A program made the position numbers and the translations under genes. Positions 27,265-37,258 of a stretch of DNA of 52,732 nt are shown here, one piece after another. This stretch comes from a virus (taxonomy: Duplodnaviria > Caudoviricetes): positions 1 through 52,732 of IMG/VR virus record IMGVR_UViG_3300042294_004185; one strand, 5' to 3'. The notes below the pieces were generated by a model, which was not told where the DNA came from, did no database searches, and saw nothing but the letters and a program-made list of their open reading frames with translations. Position 1 is the stretch's first letter, and the number at the start of each line of letters is the position of its first letter.

Positions 27265-29859
27265 TTAAAATTTAAAAAACTTGTTTATGTTTGGATTAAG
27301 TACTACAGCACCCCATCCTAAATCGGAATATAATGACTCTAATTTGTTTTTCATAACTGAATCAAATAAGCCGTCTCTATCTATATATTTTTCTACAAAA
27401 TCTCTGATTTCCTGAGGGTCATTATAACCGTTAAATCCTATAACATCAATTCTATAAGGATTATCCTTTAAATAAGCAATAAACATTTTATCACCAATTT
27501 GAAATTTAGGATATTTTTTGTCTAAACCTTTAAATTTTAAAATATCGTTATAGTAAATTGCTGCTTTAGTATTAATAGGGCATTTTAGTCCTAATTTAGA
27601 AAATATTTCACCAGCACCTGGAGGTCCAGCTAAATATTCACTCATTTTCTTTAATCCTGTAGGTTTAAGGATTTTTTCCCAACCAATTGTTCTTAATTCG
27701 TTTCTAAAATCTAATATTTGTTTATCAATATCTGATTTAGGTTTACCAAACATAATTTCATTAATAATATGTTCACCGAATTTTTTAAACAATGGTGGGA
27801 AATTTGATTTCATCAAATCTAATCCTTTAACATCTAATTCATCTGTTGGTACACCTTCTTTATTAACAATATGTTGAGCGTATCTTCTCTTACCTGCAAA
27901 GTAACCTCTATCAAGTACAACCTCTTGTTTTAATTCAAAGTAATGAGGTTCATTAGGATAACTAATATTAAATAATTCTTGTACTAGAGTATGTAAATTT
28001 TCATTTGCTAATTTTTGAATTTCAGTAGCAACTTTAAGTACCTCTTGTACAATTGTTTCTTGATCTGCTGTAACTAATTTAGGGTTACGTTTTAAGATTA
28101 AATCTTTAACCTGAATGAATAGTGAATCGGTATCTGATGTAACAATATAATCTTTATCTTCTGTACCTAATTCTTGATTTAACCAATTATTTACAAATAC
28201 AATAGATTCTTGAGTTAAGCGTTGACCTGTTAAAGTAATTGCTTTACTAATAAATTTATTTCCATCAGTGTATCTCCAACCATTAATAGCAAATACCCCG
28301 TAAACGTCATTTAATTTAATTTTATACGCGTGTTGACGCCTATCGTAAAAAGATCCCATAACAGGGTCGTTATCTTCTTTATATGCTTTTTTCATGAGTT
28401 TTTTATACTCTTGACGTTTAGCAAACCAGTCAGATAAAATTTCACATACAACACTTGATTTGTCTTTACGGAACATCACTCCAGGTGCTGATATAATTAA
28501 ATCATTACCTTCAATAATTTCTATTAAGTCACCTACTTTAACTTGTGTATGAGATAATCTACGATCCTTTTTAACTTTTTCAATAGTAACAACAGTGTTA
28601 GAATCCATTGCTTTAAGTTCTTTAAGTGACCATTGGTTATCAAATTTACCTCTATTTACAACACGTCCAACTAACGTTTCAATACCCATATTAAGTGAAC
28701 GAATAATAGAAGGATACAAAGATGTAAAATCCAAGTCAATAACCCACTCATATAGTCCTGGTGTTGGATCTTTTAAATAACCACCAGCATATTCTTCTTG
28801 TAATGTTTGAAGTGCTGGATTATAAGTAGTAGGTTTATTAGGTGAAACTATACCTTTACGTTTTAGGTAAGTTAAAATAGCACCTTCATTTAATACTGTT
28901 GAAAAATAAATCGATTCATAAGTTGTATGACATAAGTGACCAATTGTAACTGTCAGCTCCATAAACTTCATTCGTTTTTCAAGCTCAACAATAATTTCAA
29001 CGTCACGTAAGTTATACTCAATAAACTTATCTACGTCTTCAGCAAATAATCTATCAAGTGAACCTTGATACTCAATCTTTTCTAATTTAGCATATTTTTT
29101 ACCAATATCACCTAAACGATAAGATGGCTCTTGTTTTGTAATAAACTTTTTAAACAAAAGCATATAATCAAGATGGTTAATACCTCCTAAGTTAACAGGT
29201 TGATCTTGATACTGAGGTGTAAATTTGATTTTACCAATTGGGGATAAAGTATTGGCCAAAGATTCGCCCATTACTTTTTTAATACGATAATATAAATAAG
29301 GTATATCAAAGAAACCACTATTCCAACCTGTAATAATTGTAGGGTCTAATTCATACCACTTATCTAAAAATCCACTCAATAATTCTTTTTCAGATGTATA
29401 AGGAATAATAATTTTGTCTTCAGACTCGGCTTTAGACATTTTACCTTCTTTATCTAAAATTAAACAGAAATATTTTTTAGAATTATGGTCATATAAAGCA
29501 ACAGCTGTTATTTCACCTTTAGGATCTTTAATATTTTCCTCAGTTAATGCTCCCGCTACTACACACTCAATATCAAGATAAACTATGTTATGGAATTTAG
29601 GTGTATCGTCAGATTCGTAATAGTAGTCTACTAACAGGCGAGTTAATTTATCAACGTCTTTTTCAAAGTATTTAGGGTCTTTCCAATCATCCATTCTTTT
29701 GGTTGGAGACACCCTAGTACCTTCTAACGTTTCAAACTCGCCATCAGGATCAGGTTGATATAAGGTAGGCCAGTGTTGTAAGGTTTTAAACCCTTCCCAT
29801 CTGTCATCTCTTAAATAATACTGTTTTTCTTCCTTATCGTAGTAGACCGCTTGATACAT
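27265..29859 (-). CDS. DNA polymerase family B (T4 gp43-like)
   Basis: Exo DIE, GWNSGFFD, YNLRD; Pol DFTSLYPS, KIKLNDVYG, SDTDS. Confidence 0.97.
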   Translation of the reverse strand: MYQAVYYDKEEKQYYLRDDRWEGFKTLQHWPTLYQPDPDGEFETLEGTRVSPTKRMDDWKDPKYFEKDVDKLTRLLVDYYYESDDTPKFHNIVYLDIECVVAGALTEENIKDPKGEITAVALYDHNSKKYFCLILDKEGKMSKAESEDKIIIPYTSEKELLSGFLDKWYELDPTIITGWNSGFFDIPYLYYRIKKVMGESLANTLSPIGKIKFTPQYQDQPVNLGGINHLDYMLLFKKFITKQEPSYRLGDIGKKYAKLEKIEYQGSLDRLFAEDVDKFIEYNLRDVEIIVELEKRMKFMELTVTIGHLCHTTYESIYFSTVLNEGAILTYLKRKGIVSPNKPTTYNPALQTLQEEYAGGYLKDPTPGLYEWVIDLDFTSLYPSIIRSLNMGIETLVGRVVNRGKFDNQWSLKELKAMDSNTVVTIEKVKKDRRLSHTQVKVGDLIEIIEGNDLIISAPGVMFRKDKSSVVCEILSDWFAKRQEYKKLMKKAYKEDNDPVMGSFYDRRQHAYKIKLNDVYGVFAINGWRYTDGNKFISKAITLTGQRLTQESIVFVNNWLNQELGTEDKDYIVTSDTDSLFIQVKDLILKRNPKLVTADQETIVQEVLKVATEIQKLANENLHTLVQELFNISYPNEPHYFELKQEVVLDRGYFAGKRRYAQHIVNKEGVPTDELDVKGLDLMKSNFPPLFKKFGEHIINEIMFGKPKSDIDKQILDFRNELRTIGWEKILKPTGLKKMSEYLAGPPGAGEIFSKLGLKCPINTKAAIYYNDILKFKGLDKKYPKFQIGDKMFIAYLKDNPYRIDVIGFNGYNDPQEIRDFVEKYIDRDGLFDSVMKNKLESLYSDLGWGAVVLNPNINKFFKF

Positions 29860-30356
29860 TACTTTTTATATGCTGTGTTTAAACCCTGCCACTGACCATC
29901 ATACTGTTCTCCAACTTCATCTACTTTCCAGAATGCAATTTGTCCAATACGAGCATTTTTTTCAATAATAATAACACTTGTTACAATCATTGTTGTGTTC
30001 ATTTGATCACAATAGAATCCTGGATCCCACCAAGGTGATTCGATAATAGTTCCTGTACGGTACAAAGATGAACGGTGAGTAATTTTAGCAGCAGCATCAG
30101 CAGGTACTTTAATACCTTCGTTAAATGTAACCGAATAAACACCCTTTTCAAGTCTCCAACATTCCTTACCATCAATAAGTTGTGTGAAGACTTCTTCATA
30201 ACCATCTGGATTAATGTAAGTTTTGTCTTTGTAAACAACAGAACCAACATTAATCGCTTCAATTTTACAAACTGATAAGTCAATACCAATTTGTGCACGT
30301 TTAGAGAAATCAGATTCAATAACGTGATTTGCGATTTGATTTGAATTTAATAACAT
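29859..30356 (-). CDS. dCTP deaminase / trimeric dUTPase family protein
   Basis: GIDL, RSSLYR, WDPGF, RIGQ, YDGQWQ. Confidence 0.85.
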   Translation of the reverse strand: MLLNSNQIANHVIESDFSKRAQIGIDLSVCKIEAINVGSVVYKDKTYINPDGYEEVFTQLIDGKECWRLEKGVYSVTFNEGIKVPADAAAKITHRSSLYRTGTIIESPWWDPGFYCDQMNTTMIVTSVIIIEKNARIGQIAFWKVDEVGEQYDGQWQGLNTAYKK

Positions 30357-30526
30357 TACTTTAATTTATTTAAAATTTTATCCCAAAACAAGTCTAACTT
30401 GTCTTTTCTTGCTTTACAGCCACAATCATCATAGCCCATTTTTTTGGCTATAAAGAGGGCAATACGGTAACCTTGCCCTAAGGTAATAATGTTTATTACC
30501 TTTTCAACAAAACCACCTAGCTTCAT
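30356..30526 (-). CDS. Small DCGC-motif protein (56 aa, not in ORF track)
   Basis: MKLGGFVEKVINIITLGQGYRIALFIAKKMGYDDCGCKARKDKLDLFWDKILNKLK; TAATG couplings at both ends. Confidence 0.65.
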   Translation of the reverse strand: MKLGGFVEKVINIITLGQGYRIALFIAKKMGYDDCGCKARKDKLDLFWDKILNKLK

Positions 30527-31218
30527 TAGATCTGATGTCCTCCGTTGTTGATTTTCAAGCTGTCAAAAAATTCCTTACGTGCTTGATTTTCGTTGTTCAA
30601 GAATACTCCTGATGCTTTTGTAGTAACCATTGAAGCTCCTTGATGTTTAACACCTCTACAGCTTACACAATTGTGAGTAGCAACTACAGTTACAATTACA
30701 CCTTTGTTGTTTTCACAGATTTTATCTACTGCTTGGTGGATTGCTGATGTAAGTTGTTCTTGAATAGCTCCTCTACGTCCAAAATGCTCAACAATACGAT
30801 TTAATTTAGACAAACCAATTACTGAACCATTTTCACCTACAATGTAACCAATATGAACTACACCTCCGATTGTTTGGTGGTGATGAGAACACATTGAGGT
30901 AAGTGGGATGTTACGTTCAATAACAATACCATCATAACCATCACTAGGGAATGAGGTAATGTCACTCATAGCATCATAACGGCCTTTCCACAAATCAAAT
31001 ACATAAGCTTTAGCTACACGACGAGGGGTGTCTGCTGAATTTGGATCGTTTCTCCAATCACATTGTAAAGCATCTAAAAATTTACCATATGCTTCTGCTG
31101 CCTCATCTACCATTGACCATTTTTCTTTCTCAGTAAATGGGAAACCAGGAGCAATACCATTGGCATAACCTTGTTTTACACACTCTAGATCGAGTGTAAA
31201 TGTTTTATTTTTTTCCAT
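30526..31218 (-). CDS. folE: GTP cyclohydrolase I
   Basis: DTPRRVAK, SMCSHH, GLSKLNR, IQEQLT, HNCVSCRGV. Confidence 0.95.
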   Translation of the reverse strand: MEKNKTFTLDLECVKQGYANGIAPGFPFTEKEKWSMVDEAAEAYGKFLDALQCDWRNDPNSADTPRRVAKAYVFDLWKGRYDAMSDITSFPSDGYDGIVIERNIPLTSMCSHHHQTIGGVVHIGYIVGENGSVIGLSKLNRIVEHFGRRGAIQEQLTSAIHQAVDKICENNKGVIVTVVATHNCVSCRGVKHQGASMVTTKASGVFLNNENQARKEFFDSLKINNGGHQI

Positions 31219-31230
31219 AACTTATATTGT

Positions 31231-31260
31231 AATATAATGAATTTATTTTTGATAACCAAA
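31231..31260 (-). promoter_or_regulatory. -33/-7 promoter for folE-dcd-polB-clamp
   Basis: TTTGG-N19-TATATT. Confidence 0.75.
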
Positions 31261-32235
31261 TTAAAGTCCAAATCTTCCTTTTTGGGCGTTATAATTTTGT
31301 GATATTTCAGATGATGATAAAATCCTATTATAAATTCTATAAATACCTCCATTACCGGAAAAATAACCTTGTTCTGCCCATCTTGCTATTACAACGTTAG
31401 TAGTACCAATAAAAGAGGCTATAGTACCTGTTCCTTGAGATACATTATTTTTAAATATTTGACAAGCACCATTTGAAGCATTAAAAGTATAGACAATTTG
31501 ATACCAGTTATTTACAGTAACAGTTCCAGCAGAAAAATCCGAAGCATAATGTCCTTGATAAATCACTCCATTTCTGAATACTAAGTGTAAACCTTGTCTA
31601 AAACCTTGTTGATCAGTACCAAACATTGTTCTATCACCTGATAAATTTGTAGGATAAACCCATGCTTCCATAGTATAATTAGCATCATAAAACCCTAATT
31701 GTGTTGCTGTTTTACCCGTATTACAATAATCATCTGTTCCATCCCACACAATCGAACCACTATTAGCAGAATTAAACGCAGGATTATTTATTAATGTTCC
31801 ATTATTAGAATTCCCACTCAAATCATACCAAGTAGATCCTGTTGTTGGATATGAAGGATCAAAACCCGCATCATAATTCAACATTAATCCATTAGTTACA
31901 ATACCTTCATAGTTAAAATTAACACATAGTTTATCTGTTTGAGTAGCAAAATATTCTAAACATTGAGCTACTGTTGTATAACCTGCTGGAGAACCTACAG
32001 TCCCAGCAATATTTCTATTTGTGATATTAATTAATTGTGTATCATTAGCAGGACAATAAATACTAGGACCACCAGATGCTTTATTTAAATAAATTGTATA
32101 ACCACCAGATGGAGGATCGATACCATTAAAAAATGTTAGTCCATAATCAGCAGTATTATTACCAATTAACATATTGCCTTTTCTAAGACAACCTGTTGGT
32201 GTAGCACCTGTTGAATATTTTATTACGTTAGGCAT
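31261..32235 (-). CDS. LamG/concanavalin A-like domain protein (putative virion fibre/decoration), paralog 1
   Basis: GIVTNGL..YDAG..SYP..G.TWYDLSGN, DGTDDY, WVYP, RIYNRILS..EI.QNYNA. Confidence 0.8.
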   Translation of the reverse strand: MPNVIKYSTGATPTGCLRKGNMLIGNNTADYGLTFFNGIDPPSGGYTIYLNKASGGPSIYCPANDTQLINITNRNIAGTVGSPAGYTTVAQCLEYFATQTDKLCVNFNYEGIVTNGLMLNYDAGFDPSYPTTGSTWYDLSGNSNNGTLINNPAFNSANSGSIVWDGTDDYCNTGKTATQLGFYDANYTMEAWVYPTNLSGDRTMFGTDQQGFRQGLHLVFRNGVIYQGHYASDFSAGTVTVNNWYQIVYTFNASNGACQIFKNNVSQGTGTIASFIGTTNVVIARWAEQGYFSGNGGIYRIYNRILSSSEISQNYNAQKGRFGL

Positions 32236-32240
32236 TTAAA

Positions 32241-32507
32241 TTAAATAGGATAAGGTGGAGTCCACTCAGGTGTAGATAAAATAGTTAAAATTTCATTGTA
32301 AGTATATTCTTGAGATTTACTTGTTAAACTAGATACTGATGAAGGCATTGGCATATCATATTTAACAAATGTTTTTGTTTCATCAACAGATTTTCTAACT
32401 GTATCAGCATCTGTTTCAAATACTTGATTAAAATTAATTTTATTAAGTTCTGTTACATTAAATATAACAAAACGTCTGTCGGGGTATTGTTCTTGTTCTA
32501 GTGACAT
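32241..32507 (-). CDS. Small conserved phage protein between the LamG paralogs
   Basis: 88 aa; RKSVDETKTFVKY...EW; TATTTATA 4 nt upstream. Confidence 0.65.
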   Translation of the reverse strand: MSLEQEQYPDRRFVIFNVTELNKINFNQVFETDADTVRKSVDETKTFVKYDMPMPSSVSSLTSKSQEYTYNEILTILSTPEWTPPYPI

Positions 32508-32519
32508 ATGGTATAAATA

Positions 32520-33554
32520 TTAAAGGCCGAAGCGACCTTTTTGAGCGTTGTAGTTTTGGGTGACTTCTGTTGATAGAAGAGCACGATTATATATTAGCAA
32601 ATTATATTGCGTCATTTGAGGTGACCATCCACCAGAGGGAAAATTACCTAATATGTCCGTAGTTGATTGTGATAGACCTGAGCTTTTAGTTGCTGTATTT
32701 GTATAAATTTCACTATTATTTAAATATATTTTAGTAGTTGCCTGCGTAGATGAAATAGGTGTCCAAGTTAATACACAGTGGTAAAAAGTATTTACACTTA
32801 ATGTTGTTGATGTCAAATGTAACCAAGGATTATAACTATCACCTGCACCTATCCACCACCTTAAAACAGGATTTCCCCCATTTGCATTAATAGAAAAATG
32901 CCAAAAATTATTACTTGCACCACCACTACCTCTATATAATATACTTCTTCCATCTCCATTAGGAATTGAAAAATCAGATGGTAATTTTATCCAAGTCAAA
33001 ATAGAAATTCCATTTGGATATAAACTGTTAAAAAAAGAATCATTAACACCATCACAAGTCATAATATCATCAATTCCATCATAAACTATCCCCCCACTAT
33101 TAGCCGAATTATATGTAGGACCATTTGTTAATGTTTCGTTTCTATTATTTCCACTTAAATCATAAAGTGTTGTTCCCGTTGTAGGATATGAACCAACAAA
33201 CCCAGCATCTGTGTTTAATACTAACCCATTAGTAACTATACCTTCATAGTTTATATTAACACATAATTTGTCAGACTGTCCAGCAAAATAATTTAAACAT
33301 TGAGCAGCTGTTGTATAATTTGCCCCCGCAATTTGATTAGTAATAAAAATTAATTGAGTATTGTTAGCAGGGCAATAAATACTAGGACCACCACTAGCTT
33401 TATTTAAATAAACAGTATAGCCACCAGATGGAGGGTCAATGCCGCTAAAAAAAGAGGATCCATAGTTAGCTGTGTTATTAGCAATTAACATATTACCTTT
33501 TTTTAGGCAACCTGTTTCAACAGCTCCTGTTGTATATTTTATTCCGTTAGGCAT
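32520..33554 (-). CDS. LamG/concanavalin A-like domain protein, paralog 2
   Basis: Highly similar N-terminal half and identical QNYNAQKGRFGL end versus 31261..32235. Confidence 0.8.
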   Translation of the reverse strand: MPNGIKYTTGAVETGCLKKGNMLIANNTANYGSSFFSGIDPPSGGYTVYLNKASGGPSIYCPANNTQLIFITNQIAGANYTTAAQCLNYFAGQSDKLCVNINYEGIVTNGLVLNTDAGFVGSYPTTGTTLYDLSGNNRNETLTNGPTYNSANSGGIVYDGIDDIMTCDGVNDSFFNSLYPNGISILTWIKLPSDFSIPNGDGRSILYRGSGGASNNFWHFSINANGGNPVLRWWIGAGDSYNPWLHLTSTTLSVNTFYHCVLTWTPISSTQATTKIYLNNSEIYTNTATKSSGLSQSTTDILGNFPSGGWSPQMTQYNLLIYNRALLSTEVTQNYNAQKGRFGL

Positions 33555-33569
33555 TTATCATAAATATGA

Positions 33570-34070
33570 CTAATCTTCAGCCATAATGCCTGTAATATAC
33601 TTTTGATTACGTTTTAATCCATTTTCAGCATCTAAACCATATCCAATCAACCAATGTTCGTTAGTTAATTCAAATCCATAAATTAAATCGGGATGTTTAG
33701 AATAATGTTTTTTAAATAATGTTACAGGAATAATAGATTTAGGATTATTATATTGAAGATGTTTTATCAAATGATTCATAGTATTACCTGAATCATAAAT
33801 GTCATCTATAAGATAAACATCTTTTCCTTCAATATCAACAGTAATTGATTTTAAAATTCTTATTTCACCCTGCTTAGTTCCATCGTAAGATTTCGCACTA
33901 ACAAAATCTATTTCACAATCATCTACTTGTTTAACCAAGTCCGTAAAAAACATAAACGCGCCATTTAAAACGCATATAAACACGGGTGGATTTTCGTGTT
34001 GATTCTTTTTAATTTTATAGGCAATCTCACCTACTTTGTTTTTAATTTCTAATTCTGAGAACAATATCAT
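33570..34070 (-). CDS. hpt: Hypoxanthine-guanine phosphoribosyltransferase-like protein
   Basis: VLNGAFMFFTDL, KSY, PRPP motif YLIDDIYDSGNT, IGYGLD. Confidence 0.9.
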   Translation of the reverse strand: MILFSELEIKNKVGEIAYKIKKNQHENPPVFICVLNGAFMFFTDLVKQVDDCEIDFVSAKSYDGTKQGEIRILKSITVDIEGKDVYLIDDIYDSGNTMNHLIKHLQYNNPKSIIPVTLFKKHYSKHPDLIYGFELTNEHWLIGYGLDAENGLKRNQKYITGIMAED

Positions 34071-34312
34071 AAAATAACTTTTTTCAAAAACTCGGTAATT
34101 TCTTTTATACCTTCAAATTTATGTTTTCCATTTTGATCTTCCAACATAAATGTAGGAACCCATTTAATATCAAGAGATTCAATTAACATGCCTTCTTCAT
34201 AAGTGTTAATAGAAGTAATTTCAAATATTTGTTTTAATTCCTCTATTACAGGTTTTAAATCCTGACATTTAGGACATTCGGGGTTATAGAAGAAGGTTAA
34301 TTTTGGTTTCAT
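34067..34312 (-). CDS. Thioredoxin-like protein
   Basis: CPKC, VPTF cis-Pro motif. Confidence 0.8.
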   Translation of the reverse strand: MKPKLTFFYNPECPKCQDLKPVIEELKQIFEITSINTYEEGMLIESLDIKWVPTFMLEDQNGKHKFEGIKEITEFLKKVIL

Positions 34313-34884
34313 TTTATTAAGTATTTTTTAAAGTCTGAGTATTCGGGAGTTTTGTTTGGGAAATAATATTTTTCTGTTTTATTATTAAATGTAATTATTT
34401 TATAAAATCCATCAGGAACTGTAGCTCCAGTAGCTAATTTTAAAGACGTTGTACTATACACCATTCTAATTTCTACACTAACTGTGGTGGTTGCTGCTAG
34501 GTCGCGCTCATATGACTCTAATATACGCCATACACCGCGATTTAAGCGCTCATGTTGTAAAACACAATTTGCATAAGTAAATGTTTTATATAATAATTCT
34601 TTTGTACAATTAAAATCAGCAGCAGGAGCACAATGTCCTTTATCATAAACATTATTTGCATAATCATTATTATCAGAAGTAATCAAATTAGGTTCAGCAT
34701 AAAAATCCATTCCTGTACGAGGTGCTTTACCATTAGGACATTGAACAGTATATTTAACCCATTTTGGTTGTTGTAATACTTCAGAATAAACTTCTGTAAA
34801 AATGTCTGTTTTAAGATAGACTGAATCTCTTTGAGCAAATGCTACTAAAGGTAATAAAAATAATACTAATAATAATTTTTTCAT
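34309..34884 (-). CDS. Secreted DNA/RNA non-specific endonuclease (NucA/EndoG family)
   Basis: Signal peptide MKKLLLVLFLLPLVAFA|Q; YDKGHCAPA (DRGH), LNRGVWRILE, VPDGFYK. Confidence 0.9.
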   Translation of the reverse strand: MKKLLLVLFLLPLVAFAQRDSVYLKTDIFTEVYSEVLQQPKWVKYTVQCPNGKAPRTGMDFYAEPNLITSDNNDYANNVYDKGHCAPAADFNCTKELLYKTFTYANCVLQHERLNRGVWRILESYERDLAATTTVSVEIRMVYSTTSLKLATGATVPDGFYKIITFNNKTEKYYFPNKTPEYSDFKKYLIK

Positions 34885-34896
34885 ATATTATAAATA

Positions 34897-35268
34897 TTAC
34901 ATTTTATTCCATTTATTGTTGGAATCTAATACAAAACTACCTACACATTCATATTTCCATTCATTAGGTTTAATCATTGATAAAAATATATTTCCATCTC
35001 TTCCAACATATAAATGATATGTTTGTCCTATAACTGGTTCGAAATTAAATTTAGCATTATAAACTAATTCGTTCCATTTATATTCCTCTACTAATTTTTT
35101 ATATTCATCTTTTAATTCATTAAATCTAGTTTGTAGTTGATGATTTACTTTAATAGAATTAATAGATTTCCAGATAGTGGTATCTTCAACCCTAATAGCA
35201 GGAGCACTTACATTACTACCATAAGGTAATAATCCCGGGTTTTCAGCTACATTATCTGGTTTTTTCAT
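34897..35268 (-). CDS. DUF2452-like protein
   Basis: LLPYGSNVSAPAI, VYNAKFNFEPVIGQTYHLY, LSMIKPNEW. Confidence 0.65.
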   Translation of the reverse strand: MKKPDNVAENPGLLPYGSNVSAPAIRVEDTTIWKSINSIKVNHQLQTRFNELKDEYKKLVEEYKWNELVYNAKFNFEPVIGQTYHLYVGRDGNIFLSMIKPNEWKYECVGSFVLDSNNKWNKM

Positions 35269-35666
35269 AGTTTTGAGGGAGGGGTGTTGAATATTCTTTT
35301 AACTTGTTCTGATATTGGGATAGGAACACCTTCTTCATCTACACGAACAAAAGTCATATTGGTAGCAAGTAAAACAACTTCATCACCTCTAAATACATTG
35401 TATGCTCTTGCTTCTACATTAAATGTAGCTGATGTGTTTCCTATTTTAACTAATTGAGCATAAATTTTAACAAGTTGTTTTTCTTTGGCAGGTTTTTTAA
35501 ACACACACTTATCCATAGCAATAGTAATCATGTTTTGACTTCTACATCTTTCCATAGCATAGGCAGCAACAGCAGCATCTAACCAGCTAAGTAATTTACC
35601 ACCAAATAGATTACCATGAAAACCTAAATCTGATTTTTTAACGGGGTGGGTTGATAATAAATTCAT
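35265..35666 (-). CDS. Hotdog-fold acyl-CoA thioesterase (YciA-like)
   Basis: HGNLFGGKLLSWLD, GNTS, TFVRVDEEGVP. Confidence 0.9.
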   Translation of the reverse strand: MNLLSTHPVKKSDLGFHGNLFGGKLLSWLDAAVAAYAMERCRSQNMITIAMDKCVFKKPAKEKQLVKIYAQLVKIGNTSATFNVEARAYNVFRGDEVVLLATNMTFVRVDEEGVPIPISEQVKRIFNTPPSKL

Positions 35667-36457
35667 TAAACAGCTCTCTTAGTATCATAACTAATAATGT
35701 GGTCACGACCTGTCCAATTATAACCCATTTCAAATGCTTTTTCTAATGAAATAGGATATTGTTTAATTAATTCCTCTCTGTTATCTCCAGCAGGCATCAA
35801 CCAAGTTTTATTTTTAGGAATATTCATTTCAACTCTAAATCCCTCAATTTCATCCATTGTGGTTTGAGTACCATCATAAACTGGTTTATAATGAAAATCA
35901 GTATGATAGTCTAATGTTTTACGAATTGCCTCTTTATTTAAACGAAGTTTATTATGTTGGTCAATCATTTTTTGATCAACGAGTTTACCCATTGGAGTGG
36001 TAGTGTCAAGGCTAGGAACAGAATTACTAAACTTTGGAGATAAAGATACCAACCCAAATGGATAATCGGTTTCAATAAAGTGACTACCTTCTGTTTCAAT
36101 GGTTATACATATACCACGCTCGTGAGCAAAGTGAGTTAATTCATTACACAAATCAGGTTGCATAGTTGGTGAACCTCCAGTTAACATCATTTCTTTAATT
36201 TCAGGATTTTCATCATAAATCTTAATAATGTCGTTAAATGTATAAATACCTTTTTCTGGGTGGATACTTGTGTACCAAGAATCACACCAACCTCCAGCAC
36301 CAAACCAACATCTATGAGTACAACCTGTTGTTCTAATAGCTACTGTTGGGCGACCTTGTCTTGAACCTTCACTTTGAATACAAGTATAAACTTCAAGTAC
36401 AGGTAATTTTTTGTTATAGTCGAGAATACGACCTGGTTTTTTAGTTTCTGTTGTCAT
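35666..36457 (-). CDS. queE: 7-carboxy-7-deazaguanine synthase (radical SAM)
   Basis: IQSEG, RTTGCTHRCWFGAGGWCDS, LTGG, ETEG, SLSPK. Confidence 0.92.
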   Translation of the reverse strand: MTTETKKPGRILDYNKKLPVLEVYTCIQSEGSRQGRPTVAIRTTGCTHRCWFGAGGWCDSWYTSIHPEKGIYTFNDIIKIYDENPEIKEMMLTGGSPTMQPDLCNELTHFAHERGICITIETEGSHFIETDYPFGLVSLSPKFSNSVPSLDTTTPMGKLVDQKMIDQHNKLRLNKEAIRKTLDYHTDFHYKPVYDGTQTTMDEIEGFRVEMNIPKNKTWLMPAGDNREELIKQYPISLEKAFEMGYNWTGRDHIISYDTKRAV

Positions 36458-37017
36458 TAGAATTCATATTTTGAGTTTGAACGATATTCATTTAGATATT
36501 TTTCCATATCATCTTTAGACATAGGTTTAATATCTTCTTGGTAAATGCTAGAATTTTTATCTGCTTCCCAACATTCTACTTTGGTTACTTTAACTCTACC
36601 ACCACCTTGTTTAGATAATACATCATTAAATTTATCATATACTAATTTAGCAGCAGATTCAGCTCCAATTTTATCCATAATACGTAAATGACATACTGTT
36701 GGATTCATTGAAACAAATAAATCTAAATATGGATCATCTTTTTCAATTAATAAAGTATGATCCCACATATAATCCATCCAATCTTTTAATCCATTACCTG
36801 GAGTTGGTTTGGCATCTACTGATTTAAATCCACCATAGTCTTGAATCCAATTCATTTCATCTAATTGGTTTTCTTCTAATGGTTCTACTGATTCAAACCA
36901 TACTTTAAATTTTAAAGCATAACCATGAAGTAGTTGACAATGTGAATGTTGTGCTTTCCATTGTCTAATAGCAACTGAATAGTTGTCAAATAATTTTGTT
37001 GATTGATATTTACCCAT
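36457..37017 (-). CDS. queD: 6-carboxytetrahydropterin synthase
   Basis: HCQLLHGY, DYG, WDH, AE, WE..KNS. Confidence 0.9.
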   Translation of the reverse strand: MGKYQSTKLFDNYSVAIRQWKAQHSHCQLLHGYALKFKVWFESVEPLEENQLDEMNWIQDYGGFKSVDAKPTPGNGLKDWMDYMWDHTLLIEKDDPYLDLFVSMNPTVCHLRIMDKIGAESAAKLVYDKFNDVLSKQGGGRVKVTKVECWEADKNSSIYQEDIKPMSKDDMEKYLNEYRSNSKYEF

Positions 37018-37258
37018 TGTTAATAAATTGCATTACTTGTTCATATGATTTCGCACCTACAAATCTACGAACTTCTTGTCCGTTTTCCACGAGTATTACA
37101 GTAGGAACACTCATAACATTTGCACCACGAGCTCTATCCATTTCATAATCAATGTTAATTTTTTGAACACCAATTTGTTGTCCTACTTTATCCATAACTG
37201 GACCTAATGCTTGGCAAGGACCACACCAAGGGGCTGTAAAATAAAATAATTGTTTCAT
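37010..37258 (-). CDS. Thioredoxin
   Basis: APWCGPC, SVPT, RFVG. Confidence 0.92.
   Translation of the reverse strand: MKQLFYFTAPWCGPCQALGPVMDKVGQQIGVQKINIDYEMDRARGANVMSVPTVILVENGQEVRRFVGAKSYEQVMQFINNG

Noticed and set aside
31261-33554. LamG paralogs as a diversity-generating retroelement TR/VR pair
   Set aside because: Both are intact genes, differences are not adenine-specific by eye, and no reverse transcriptase is in the window.
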